64,000 bases of DNA from an uncultured virus (IMG/VR IMGVR_UViG_3300049733_000582) (Duplodnaviria > Heunggongvirae > Uroviricota > Caudoviricetes). Shown here in pieces: positions 19,400 to 28,290 of the stretch. The position numbers and the translations under genes were made by a program. Numbering within the stretch: position 1 is the stretch's first letter; every line of letters begins with the position of its first letter. The stretch lies in IMG/VR virus record IMGVR_UViG_3300049733_000582; one strand, 5' to 3'. The notes under the pieces are model-generated. The model did no database searches. It was not told where the DNA came from and saw nothing but the letters and a program-made list of their open reading frames with translations.

Positions 19400-19571
19400 T
19401 GGGCTCGATCAGTGACGCGAAGCCATGCCCGGCTCGACTGGTGAAGCATCGGCCCACGGACTCGATGCCCCCGACCAACGGCGAACGCAGCCTGGAAGCG
19501 CTGGATCGGATCGAGGTCCTCCTGACCCACATCCTGGGCGAGTTGCGGGGGCTCAGGGAGGAGCGCCGACC

Positions 19572-20072
19572 ATGAGCGAATCGATCGCGTTCACCGTCTT
19601 CGGCCAGGCGCAGCCGGCAGGAAGCAAGACCGCAGGCCTCACGAAAGACGGCCGCCGTTTCTATCGCGACGCGAACCCGGCCGCGTCCGAATGGAAGCGC
19701 CAGGTGGCGCAGGTCGCCGGCCAGGCAATGGTGGGGCGCCCGATCCTGGACGGTGCGGTCCGACTCTCGGTCCGGTTCTTCCGCGTCCGCCCCGCCGGAC
19801 ACTACGGGAAGAACGGCTTGCGCGGTTCCGCTCCGGCGTTCCCGACCGGGAAGCCGGACACGACGAAGCTCGTGCGCGGGACCGAGGACGCACTCCGCGG
19901 AACCGTGGTGCGCGACGACGCGCAAGTCGTCGAGCTCCACGCCTTCAAGCTCTACGGCGAGCCCGCGCGCGCGGAGATCGTGGTCACGCCGATGGCGGCC
20001 GAGCGTCCACCGGAATCAGCCCCTGCGCGAGCACTTACCCCCGCGGGCCTCTTCGCGGAGTCCCCCTCGTGA
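19572..20072 (+). CDS. rusA: RusA-family Holliday junction resolvase
   Basis: FTVFGQAQPAGSK, KPDTTKLVRGTEDAL, DDAQVV. Confidence 0.85.
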   Translation: MSESIAFTVFGQAQPAGSKTAGLTKDGRRFYRDANPAASEWKRQVAQVAGQAMVGRPILDGAVRLSVRFFRVRPAGHYGKNGLRGSAPAFPTGKPDTTKLVRGTEDALRGTVVRDDAQVVELHAFKLYGEPARAEIVVTPMAAERPPESAPARALTPAGLFAESPS

Positions 20073-20256
20073 ATCCTTTCACCCACGGCGCCGGCGTGGC
20101 GGCGGCGTTTCCTCGCCGCGCACGCGATCGGTCCGCGGCCTCTGACCCGCGGCTGAGCGTCGGCCCAGAGCATCCCGGAACCCAGCGGGGTGCTCCTCAC
20201 TCCGGGGACCGCGGACCCGACCCGGCCGCGGTCCCCTCTCTCTCGACAGGAGCCGC

Positions 20257-20688
20257 ATGAGAATCTACGTGGCCTCTTCCTGGCGGAACCAGCACCAGCC
20301 CGACGTCGTGCAGTGCCTCCGTGAGCGCGGCCACCTGGTCTACGACTTCAGGAACCCGCGCCCGGGCGACAACGGGTTTCACTGGTCCGAGATCGACCCG
20401 AACTGGAAGACCTGGTCCCCCGAGCAATACCGGGCAGCCCTGGAACACCCGATCGCTGCCTCCGGCTTCTCGTCCGACATGAAGGCCCTCGACACCTCCG
20501 CCGCGACCGTTCTCGTTCTTCCGTGCGGACGCAGTGCGCACCTGGAGCTGGGCTGGGCGGTGGGCAAGGGGCAGAAGACCGCGATCCTGATGCGACCCGA
20601 GGGCTTCGAGCCCGAGCTCATGTATTCGATGGTCGGGATGGTGTCGTCCGACCTGAACGAGATCGCGGCCTTCTTGGAGCGCGCGTGA
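20257..20688 (+). CDS. nucleoside 2-deoxyribosyltransferase-like protein
   Basis: IYVASSWRN, VYDF, D..AL, GRSAHLELGWA. Confidence 0.75.
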   Translation: MRIYVASSWRNQHQPDVVQCLRERGHLVYDFRNPRPGDNGFHWSEIDPNWKTWSPEQYRAALEHPIAASGFSSDMKALDTSAATVLVLPCGRSAHLELGWAVGKGQKTAILMRPEGFEPELMYSMVGMVSSDLNEIAAFLERA

Positions 20689-20689
20689 C

Positions 20690-20926
20690 ATGAGCGACCT
20701 CGATTGGGCGCCGGAGCTCGAAGCATTGAACCGGAACCTCGCTGCGGCGATCACGCCGCTCCTGCCGGAAGGCGTGGGGTTCTCGCTCCAGACCTTCACG
20801 ATGACAGGAGGACCCAGGCACATCGCGTACATCAGCAACGCGAGGCGCGAGGACATGGTGCTAGCGCTCCGTGAGCTGCTGAACAAGTGGGAATCGACCG
20901 GCATCGACCGGAGCGCACGGTCGTGA
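20690..20926 (+). CDS. phage hypothetical protein
   Basis: YISNARREDM...L.ELL motif of a common small phage family. Confidence 0.6.
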   Translation: MSDLDWAPELEALNRNLAAAITPLLPEGVGFSLQTFTMTGGPRHIAYISNARREDMVLALRELLNKWESTGIDRSARS

Positions 20927-21540
20927 CGCGTCCGCTACGAGTGGCCGACCTGTTCTGCGGCGCCGCTCTACAGGAGAGGACGAGCTGCGGGCGTTTTCCG
21001 GCAGAGGATCCGCGACACGTTCGTCCTCGTCATCCCAAGGCGCGTGGCGATCGCGTACTGGGACAACCCCTCAGCCCGCATCTGGCGAATAATCTTCTCT
21101 CGTTCGGCGAGATCGAGCTGACGCTTCACGCTCTCAACAATCCGTCGAATGGCTCGATCAGCACGGGTCGCCTTCACCGTCAGGTAGGGCCGGACCATGA
21201 TGAGGAACTTGCGGACCTCGTGCATCTTCCGGGCGCGCCAGTAAATGGACTTCTTGTTCCTGGGCCCAGCCTCTCGCTGCACCTCGACCTCGCCGAAGCC
21301 GAGGCGCTTGTGGATCGCGTGGATGGCGTCGAGGTCCGTGTTCACGATCGAGACCTCGATCCCGATCTGGCCGGGCTTCATGTAGACGCAGCCTTCGCCA
21401 TCGAAAAAGCCGGCCAGCCACGGGAGAAAGTGCCGGTCCGGCCAGTCCCAGAAGTAATCAACACCTTCGTACTTCTCCATGCCTTGATTATCGGCGTCTC
21501 GACAGCCCTCTGCCGCGCCGCGCTGGAGGCCTGCGCGTGA
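20923..21540 (+). pseudogene. remnant C5 cytosine DNA methyltransferase (only N- and C-terminal ends retained)
   Basis: Starts MTRPLRVADLFCGA (motif I-like), ends ALCRAALEACA; middle is antisense of a LAGLIDADG gene. Confidence 0.55.
20968..21480 (-). CDS. LAGLIDADG homing endonuclease with C-terminal HTH
   Basis: WLAGFFDGEGCV, VSIVNTD, VRPYLTVK; C-terminal GLSQYAIATRLGMTRTNVSRIL. Confidence 0.85.
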   Translation of the reverse strand: MEKYEGVDYFWDWPDRHFLPWLAGFFDGEGCVYMKPGQIGIEVSIVNTDLDAIHAIHKRLGFGEVEVQREAGPRNKKSIYWRARKMHEVRKFLIMVRPYLTVKATRADRAIRRIVESVKRQLDLAEREKIIRQMRAEGLSQYAIATRLGMTRTNVSRILCRKTPAARPLL

Positions 21541-21803
21541 GCGAACGCCGATTCAGGCTGCTCCACCACTCGCAGGACGTGCGCAGGAATCCCAGCCTGC
21601 CCAGGTCGGTGCCCTGGTCTCTCGTGGCGCCCCATGAGGCGCAGGCCCAGTTCAACCATGGCGGCCAGACGCTCGAGCGACTGAACGAGCGGGGTGGCCT
21701 CAGCCCATACGAACTCTACGCGGTCGTTCACGGCCTGAGGTACGACAAGGTGCGCGGGCTGAGTAGCGAGCTCGTTCTCCAGTGGCTGAGAGGCGTTGCA
21801 TGA
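21537..21803 (+). CDS. phage hypothetical protein
   Basis: VPWSLVAPHEAQAQFNHGGQTLERLNERGGLS motif family. Confidence 0.65.
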   Translation: MSERRFRLLHHSQDVRRNPSLPRSVPWSLVAPHEAQAQFNHGGQTLERLNERGGLSPYELYAVVHGLRYDKVRGLSSELVLQWLRGVA

Positions 21804-23542
21804 AGGCCAACACGATCTCGCTCGGCGTGATCGAAAAGGGCCCGAGCCTCGACGTCAACCTCCCGGTCCTCGTGGACACGCGCGCGCTCATCACCGGGAA
21901 CAGCGGCGCCGGGAAGAGCCGACTCCTGCGTCGGCTGGCCGAGCAGGCCTTCGGGAAGGTCCAGATCATCGTGCTCGATCCCGAGGGCGAGTTCGTGACC
22001 CTCCGGGAGCGGCACGCCTTCCTCCTGGCCGGCCGCGGCGGCGAGGTGCCGGCGGAACCGCGCGCCGCCGCGCTCCTCGCGCGCCGCCTCATGGAGCTCA
22101 ACGTCTCGGCGGTCCTCGACCTCTACGACCTGAAGCTCCACGAGCGGCGCTCGTTCGCGCGCCTCTTCCTCGAGGCCCTGGTCGATCTGCCCAAGGACCT
22201 CTACGCGCCGGTCCTGGTTATGGTGGACGAGGCGCACCTCTTCTGCCCGGAGAAGAGCGCAGGGGAATCCGAGAGCACGAGCGCGGTCATCGAACTCATG
22301 ACGCGCGGGCGGAAGCGCGGGCTCTGCGGGATCCTGGCGACGCAGCGCCTCTCGAAGCTCCACAAGGACGCGGCCGCCGAGGCGAAGAACGTGTTCATCG
22401 GGGGGATCACGCTCGACGTCGACCAGAAGCGGGCCGCGGACACGCTCGGGATCGCCGGCCGCGAGGGCCGCCTCGGCCTCCGCCAGCTCGAGCCCGGGAC
22501 GTTCCTGGCGTTCGGGCCCGCGCTCGGGCACCGGGACGTCCTCCCGTTCCGGGTGGGGGAGACGCGCACGACGCACCCCAAGGCCGGGGAACGCCACGAG
22601 CAGAAGCCGCCACCCCCGCCCGAGGCGATCCAGAAGGTCGCGTCAGAGCTCAAGGACCTCCCCCAGCAGGCCGCGGACGAGATCCGCACGCTGCAGGCAG
22701 CGCAGGCCCGGGTGCGCGAGCTCGAACGCGAGCTCAAGGCCGCGCGCACCGCGACTCCGGCGCCGGCGCCACCGAAGCGGGTCGAAGTGCCGGTGCTTCG
22801 CGAGCCCCAGCTCACCCGCCTCGAGAGAGCCCTGGGATCGCTAGTGGACGCGATCGACCACGAGGCCGAGCTCAAGGCGAAGCGCACGGAGCGCATCCGG
22901 GAGGTCCTGGTCCCGATCCAGGAAGCGGTGACGAGCCTTCGCGGACACGCAGGCCGTACCTACGAAACGCTTCTCGGTCCGGTGCACGTGGCGAAACCCC
23001 TGAAGGCGATGAGGTTCCACGCCGATTCACGAATTCATGAATCCCTGAATCGGAAGGGTGCCCAACCTGCACAACCGACCGGCGCGCTCGGCAAGGGCGA
23101 GGCTCGCATCCTGACCGCGATCGCCCAGCACAGCACACAGGGTGGGGTCACCCGCGAGCAGCTCTCGGTCCTGACCGGCTACAAGCGCTCGAGCCGAGAC
23201 GCCTACCTGCAGCGCCTCTCGGCCGCGGGCCTAGTGGGCACGGTCGGGGACCGGATCAACGTGACCGATTCTGGGATGGATGCGCTGCCCTCGGACTTCC
23301 GCCCGCTCCCGACCGGCGACGAGCTGCGGAGGCACTGGCTCGAGCGCCTCCCCGAAGGGGAGCGGCGGATCCTCGCGCTCCTGATCGAGCGCTACCCCGA
23401 GGCCGTGGCGCGCGAGGAGCTGGGTGACCCGATCGGTTACAAGCGGTCCTCGCGGGATGCTTTCATCCAGCGGCTCGCCGCGCGTCGGCTTGTGCAGACC
23501 GAGCGGGGGACCGTGCGCGCGTCGGGGGTCCTCTTCTCGTGA
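21800..23542 (+). CDS. HerA/DUF87-like ATPase with two C-terminal winged-helix repeats
   Basis: GNSGAGKS, LDPEGEF, VDEAH, RGRKRG, ATQR; duplicated GYKRSSRDA. Confidence 0.85.
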   Translation: MKANTISLGVIEKGPSLDVNLPVLVDTRALITGNSGAGKSRLLRRLAEQAFGKVQIIVLDPEGEFVTLRERHAFLLAGRGGEVPAEPRAAALLARRLMELNVSAVLDLYDLKLHERRSFARLFLEALVDLPKDLYAPVLVMVDEAHLFCPEKSAGESESTSAVIELMTRGRKRGLCGILATQRLSKLHKDAAAEAKNVFIGGITLDVDQKRAADTLGIAGREGRLGLRQLEPGTFLAFGPALGHRDVLPFRVGETRTTHPKAGERHEQKPPPPPEAIQKVASELKDLPQQAADEIRTLQAAQARVRELERELKAARTATPAPAPPKRVEVPVLREPQLTRLERALGSLVDAIDHEAELKAKRTERIREVLVPIQEAVTSLRGHAGRTYETLLGPVHVAKPLKAMRFHADSRIHESLNRKGAQPAQPTGALGKGEARILTAIAQHSTQGGVTREQLSVLTGYKRSSRDAYLQRLSAAGLVGTVGDRINVTDSGMDALPSDFRPLPTGDELRRHWLERLPEGERRILALLIERYPEAVAREELGDPIGYKRSSRDAFIQRLAARRLVQTERGTVRASGVLFS

Positions 23543-24744
23543 CCGGGCCCACCTGGTGCCTCCTCCAGGGCGACGCCCGCGAGCAGCTCCGGACCCTGCC
23601 CGAGGAGTCGGTGCACTGCGTGGTGACCTCACCGCCCTACCTGGGCCTTCGGCGCTACGGCGGAGGTCCTGGGGAGATTGGGATGGAGGAGACCCTAGAG
23701 GAGCACCTCGCGGCTCTCGTGGAGTCCTTCCGCGAAGTGCGGCGCGTCCTCCGGCGGGACGGCTCCCTCTTCGTCTGGATGGGGGACATCTTCAACGAAT
23801 CGGGCCGGGGGGGCGGCGAGGGCGGCACGTGGACCTACCGCGGCCGCGCCAAGGGGCGCATCCGTCTCCCAGGCTTCCGGCGGAAGGAGCTGATCGGACT
23901 CCCTTGGCGGGTGACGTTCGCGCTCCAGGCCGACGGGTGGCTCCTCCGACGGGACATCATCTGGTTCAAGAAGAACCCCCGACCTGAGCCCGCACGCGAT
24001 CGACCCGCGAGCGCTCACGACTTCGGCTTCCTCCTCACCCGTCGCAGCAGCTACTACTACGACGGCGAGGACTTCCGGGAGCCGCATCAGACCCCGTTCA
24101 AGCACCGCCGGCGCAAGCAGGGGAAGCGGCAGTTCCGCGGGAATGAATCGCTCCGCCCGCGCGGCAACCTGGACCACGACGAGAACCCGGAGGATCGGTA
24201 CTGGAACCGGAGCGGCCGCGCGCTCCGGGACGTCTGGGAGATCGCGACCCACGCCTTCCGCGGGGCGCATACCGCGACCTTCCCGCCGGAGCTCGCGCGC
24301 CGGTGCATCCTCCTCGGGACGTCCGATGGTGGGGCGTGCGCCGAATGCGGGAAGCAGCTCGCGCGGGTCCTCGAGCTCGGGCCTCACGATGTCGAGCATC
24401 AGCGGGCCTGCGGCGCGGACGAGAACAGGACCTACGCAGGACGGTCGCTCAAGGACTACGGGGCGGCCGGCTCGACACAGGCGCCGAACTCGATCAAGCG
24501 GCGGGTCCTGAACAGCCTCCGGAAGCGGCGCACGGCCGGTTGGGCGCCTGTCTGCAAGTGCGAGGCTCCGTCCGCACCCGCCGTCGTTCTGGACCCCTTC
24601 GCGGGATCCGGGACAACGGGCGTGGTCGCGCTCGAGCAGGGCCGGTCCTTCGTCGGGATCGACCTCAACCCCCGCTACGTGGCGATGGCCCGCCGGCGGA
24701 TCAACCTCGAGGTCCCGTTCCTGGGCCAGGAGCTCCGCCCATGA
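23539..24744 (+). CDS. N4/N6 DNA methyltransferase (beta class)
   Basis: VTSPPY, HTATFP, VLDPFAGSGTTG. Confidence 0.9.
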   Translation: MTGPTWCLLQGDAREQLRTLPEESVHCVVTSPPYLGLRRYGGGPGEIGMEETLEEHLAALVESFREVRRVLRRDGSLFVWMGDIFNESGRGGGEGGTWTYRGRAKGRIRLPGFRRKELIGLPWRVTFALQADGWLLRRDIIWFKKNPRPEPARDRPASAHDFGFLLTRRSSYYYDGEDFREPHQTPFKHRRRKQGKRQFRGNESLRPRGNLDHDENPEDRYWNRSGRALRDVWEIATHAFRGAHTATFPPELARRCILLGTSDGGACAECGKQLARVLELGPHDVEHQRACGADENRTYAGRSLKDYGAAGSTQAPNSIKRRVLNSLRKRRTAGWAPVCKCEAPSAPAVVLDPFAGSGTTGVVALEQGRSFVGIDLNPRYVAMARRRINLEVPFLGQELRP

Positions 24745-25070
24745 AGCCCTACGACTTCGCGCAGGCCATCCGGCGCTGCCTGCGCCTCCGGCACCTCGTG
24801 GTCACGGTCAGCGTGGATCTCCTTTCGCCCGCCGAGCGCTACCGCGGGCGGATGAAGAAGCGCCGCTCCGTCGCCTCCATGCAGATCGGGCGGGTGGACG
24901 TGCGGGCCCGTGCGGACCGCTACCTCGCGCTCTTCTTCACGGGCGCGGGCGCCCTCGCCGGAGGTCTGGACGGCCGATGCGCCACGCGCGGGTTCTGGCA
25001 CGCTCGGTCCCGGCCGGTCTGGGACCTGGTCGAACGGGCGCTCAGGGAAGGGAGGAGACGGAGAGCGTGA
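24741..25070 (+). CDS. phage hypothetical protein
   Basis: ATGA-coupled ORF. Confidence 0.45.
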   Translation: MKPYDFAQAIRRCLRLRHLVVTVSVDLLSPAERYRGRMKKRRSVASMQIGRVDVRARADRYLALFFTGAGALAGGLDGRCATRGFWHARSRPVWDLVERALREGRRRRA

Positions 25071-25324
25071 GCACCGGCCCACGACCCGCGTGCATCTGCG
25101 AGTTCCCGCCCGATTGCGGCGGGCTGGGGGTGCTGGTCTGCGAAGGCTGCGGCGGAGACTTCTGTGTCTGCGGCGCCTGCCTGGGGCACGGGGAGATCGA
25201 GTGTGAGGGGTGCGAATACTGCACGGGAGACGACGAGGATCCGTGCACCGGCGCTGGGCAGAGCGCGACGCAGCCCTCTTGGCGGATAGCCCTCAACAGA
25301 CCCAAGGAGCCCCGGAAGCCGTGA
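25067..25324 (+). CDS. small Cys-rich metal-binding protein
   Basis: 12 Cys within about 60 aa; GTGA coupling. Confidence 0.55.
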   Translation: MSTGPRPACICEFPPDCGGLGVLVCEGCGGDFCVCGACLGHGEIECEGCEYCTGDDEDPCTGAGQSATQPSWRIALNRPKEPRKP

Positions 25325-25746
25325 CCCCGGACGACGTCTACGCCCGCCTCCCCGCGCTGTACTGCAAGGGGCTCTGCCATGCCTCCTGCGGGCCGGTCCC
25401 CATGACCCAGATCGAGGAGGAGCGGGTATGCGAGCTCCTTGCACCGGAGGACGCGGCGCGCATCCGAGAATCCGCTTCCACGGGCCGCCTACGCGGTCGG
25501 GCCTTCCTGAGCGCGCTCAGCGTCGAGCTGAACCGAGCGGTCGAGGCCGGCCGGGATCCTCGGTGCGCCGCGCTGGACCTTGAGACGAAGCGCTGCCGCG
25601 TCTACGACCGCCGGCCGCTGATCTGCCGGCTGTTCGGGATGGTGAAGGCGATGCGGTGCCCGCATGGATGTCGCCCGGTCGCTTGGGTTCCGCATCGGGC
25701 AGCCTCGCGCTACTTACAAGAGTTGGATCAGATGCAACTGCGATAA
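25321..25746 (+). CDS. YkgJ-family (CxxCxxCC-like) Zn/Fe-S protein
   Basis: CKGLCHASCG...C..LD...RCRVYDRRPLICRLFG. Confidence 0.8.
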   Translation: MTPDDVYARLPALYCKGLCHASCGPVPMTQIEEERVCELLAPEDAARIRESASTGRLRGRAFLSALSVELNRAVEAGRDPRCAALDLETKRCRVYDRRPLICRLFGMVKAMRCPHGCRPVAWVPHRAASRYLQELDQMQLR

Positions 25747-26167
25747 GGATGTGGAAGGCCCCGACCGGCCGCGCAAACCGTTTGTATGGCGAGGTGCAAG
25801 ATGTTAGCGGCTTCACGGCTTTTGGGGATGGACAAAGATCGTTCGGGACCAACAGTGAGGACCCCGTTGGAATTGTCCCAGTTAATCCTGAATGGCCAGT
25901 TCCCATTCTTCTTCTGATCGTCCCCATTCCCTTGATCATAGTCGTCGAAGTGCTCTAGGGCATTGCGGACTATCTCAAGAGCAGGGATAGCCTTCTTGAA
26001 ATCGTTGATCGCTTGGGTGAGTCGAGCAGAGTGCTCACGCTCTACGTTCATGCTTGCATAGCTGGCGGCGCGCAACAACCCGCGAAGGGAAAAGGTAAAG
26101 AGCGTGGCGTGGATGAATCTATCCGGATGGGAATTGCTCTGTTCGATGATCTTGGCTTCATTCTCTA

Positions 26168-27090
26168 GAAGCGGTTTCATAACCGGTTGAGCGTGATGAG
26201 GACGCAGGCAACGTGGAGGAAGGCGAGAAACATCTGGGGCGAGCGATCATGGCGCACCAGGAGACGACGATAGGAGCCCAACCAGGCAATCGTTCGCTCC
26301 ACGATCCATCGTCGGCGGTAGCGTCGAAGCACGCGCCGGTCTTCGAATCGGCGGACGCGGCGGTTCTTCCGGTAGGGGCAGATCAGCTGGATCCCGCGCT
26401 GGGCGAGGGAGCGCCGGAGTGGATCGCTGTCGTAGCCGCGATCAGCGATCAAACGCGTGGGCTTCGGTCGAGGGTGTCCGTGGCCTCCAAGGGGAACGGA
26501 AATGGTCTTCAGCGTGCTGTGGACGAGCGTCGTTTCCGCCGGTGAGGCGGAGGCAACTGATACTCCCAGAGGAAGACCCTGGCCGTCGACCACCACCATG
26601 CACTTTGAGCCTTTCCCCCTCTTAGTTTTCCCGACTGCGGACCCCCTTTTTTCGCAGGCATGAACGTGGCATCGATGAAGGACTCTCCCCACTCGAGCCG
26701 CCCGCGCTCGTTGAGCTGTCCCAGGAAGGCCCTCCAGATCGCCAGCCAGGTTCCGTCTTCCTCCCAGCGCGCGAGCCGTCGCCAGCAGGTGGACGGGCTC
26801 GGGTACCCCTCGGGTAAGTCTCGCCAGCGCGCTCCCGTCTTCAGAACCCAGAGAATCCCGTCCAACACCGCCCGATGAGAAATCCACGGTCGGCCACCTT
26901 GCCGCCCCCTCTTGGTTCGGGGCAGGAGTGGCTCGATCTTGGCCCACTGCTTGTCGGTCAACCGTACGCCGCCTCTTGCCATGCAGAAATCCCTCCGCAT
27001 GACAATTAGCAGAGAGAGGCGTCGCGTACAAGGCCCTTCTAAGTCTCCTTCAGATCCGGACTTGCGACCGACCGGTTATGAAACCGCTTC
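26168..27090 (-). mobile_element. IS5-family (IS427-like) insertion sequence, 923 bp
   Basis: Perfect 20-bp terminal IRs GAAGCGGTTTCATAACCGGT; TA target duplication at 26166-67 and 27091-92. Confidence 0.92.
26177..27000 (-). CDS. IS5-family transposase, two ORFs joined by -1 frameshift
   Basis: ORF A LTDKQW...ILWVLKTGARWRDLP...IDAT; ORF B GKTKRGKG, ADRGYD, RWIVERTIAWL; A6G slippery run at 26646-26652. Confidence 0.9.
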
Positions 27091-27194
27091 TACAGACCAA
27101 GCCCACTGGAGAGCGTAAGAGGCGCACCGATCCCTGACGTCTTTCATTCTGAACCTTATCGGCGAAGCTCGGTCCTCTTCATGAGACGCTCTCG

Positions 27195-27491
27195 ATGATC
27201 CTCGCCTCTCGCGTCCTCTCGGACGGGCGCCAGATCGACGTGGACGCGCTGCTCTACGGGCGGGCGCGCCTCTGCGTGGGCACCGACCCGATCAAACACA
27301 GCTACGACGACTGCTGGTGATACGAGACGCCCGAAGCTGCGGTCGCGGCGATGAACGAATGGGATGCGAGCGGCGAGCCGAAGGGTTGGATGAGTCATCT
27401 GAGCAGCGGACGGCGGCGACCGATAGTGGACGCCAAGAGGGAGTATCCCGAAGTTAACCTAGGCGTAGGTCCTTACGACCTAGCTCTGTGA
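27195..27491 (+). CDS. small phage protein with in-frame TGA (candidate selenoprotein, or pseudogene)
   Basis: MILASRVLSDGRQIDVDALLYGRARLCVG...YDDCW*YETPEAAVAAMNEWDASGEPKGWMSHLSSGRRRP; TGA at 27318-27320. Confidence 0.5.
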
Positions 27492-28249
27492 AAACGGATC
27501 GTTCTCACGTTCTTGTCATCCTTCGTTGTAACTGAAGCTGACACCGAGAATGTGAACTCACCATATGGATCACTTGGCCAGATATCTTCGATGAATGACA
27601 ATGGCAGATTGGCGTGATGCCCGAGCTTGTCCTTGATTTCGATAACGTGGTTGTGGACCTTGACTATAGACCATTTGTCGTCATGGTTATAGGCATTCGG
27701 TCGCGAATCACGTGCGCAATCAAGTACTATCTTGTTAGACCAACTTGTATGAGGCACAGACATTAGCATAACTGTCGCTCGACGTTCGCGCGAATCCAAA
27801 GCAATGTACTCCGAAAGAGTGTAGTACTTTCTCCGATTCAGGTATCTATAAGGGAAGGTGTACGCAGGGATATCGCCAATGCTGCGCACACCAAGCAGAA
27901 CGAGTGATGGAGCAACAGCAATGGCCAGTACCGCCCCATCTTCGGGAGTTGTGAGTCGCACACTGGTGAATCGCGGGCTAGGCTCTATTCGTTCCAGTGC
28001 TGTATCCCTGATTCGCTTTTCCTGATCCGCGGCATCAGGTATTCCTTGATATGAGGCAACGCGGCCATCAGCATCCTCGGAAATACCGAGGTAGAGGACG
28101 CCTCCACGATGATTGCTGAACTGAACTATGTCAGTAGCCAATTCGTGACGCTGCTTATCGGTCGCTGCGTAGCCGGTTCCCTTTATCTCAAGAACTTCAG
28201 ACTCCGGTGTTCCTATCCGTGGCAACGTTGATGGAATAGAGAAGTCCAT
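27473..28249 (-). CDS. AlbA_2/Schlafen-like domain protein
   Basis: ESEVLEIK...DIVQFSNHRGGVLYLGISED; low GC. Confidence 0.8.
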   Translation of the reverse strand: MDFSIPSTLPRIGTPESEVLEIKGTGYAATDKQRHELATDIVQFSNHRGGVLYLGISEDADGRVASYQGIPDAADQEKRIRDTALERIEPSPRFTSVRLTTPEDGAVLAIAVAPSLVLLGVRSIGDIPAYTFPYRYLNRRKYYTLSEYIALDSRERRATVMLMSVPHTSWSNKIVLDCARDSRPNAYNHDDKWSIVKVHNHVIEIKDKLGHHANLPLSFIEDIWPSDPYGEFTFSVSASVTTKDDKNVRTIRFHRARS

Positions 28250-28290
28250 ATTGCACTCGCTTCTGCAGGGAGGCTGGCCCTATGTATGCC

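Larger units (their letters stand above)
25728..27147 (-). pseudogene. HEPN-like protein interrupted by IS5-family element
   Basis: Removing the IS and one TA joins MKDVRDRCASYALQWAWSV (27147-27091) in frame to ENEAKIIEQ...; RNALEH (Rx4H) motif. Confidence 0.7.

Noticed and set aside
20960..21500. Group I intron or intein carrying the LAGLIDADG gene
   Set aside because: The endonuclease is antisense to the host frame, there is no room for a ribozyme core, no intein termini are seen, and the host gene core is missing
27071..27090. Resemblance of the IS end (GGTTATGAA) to the att core at 7807-7815
   Set aside because: Short match, fully explained as part of the IS inverted repeat; likely chance
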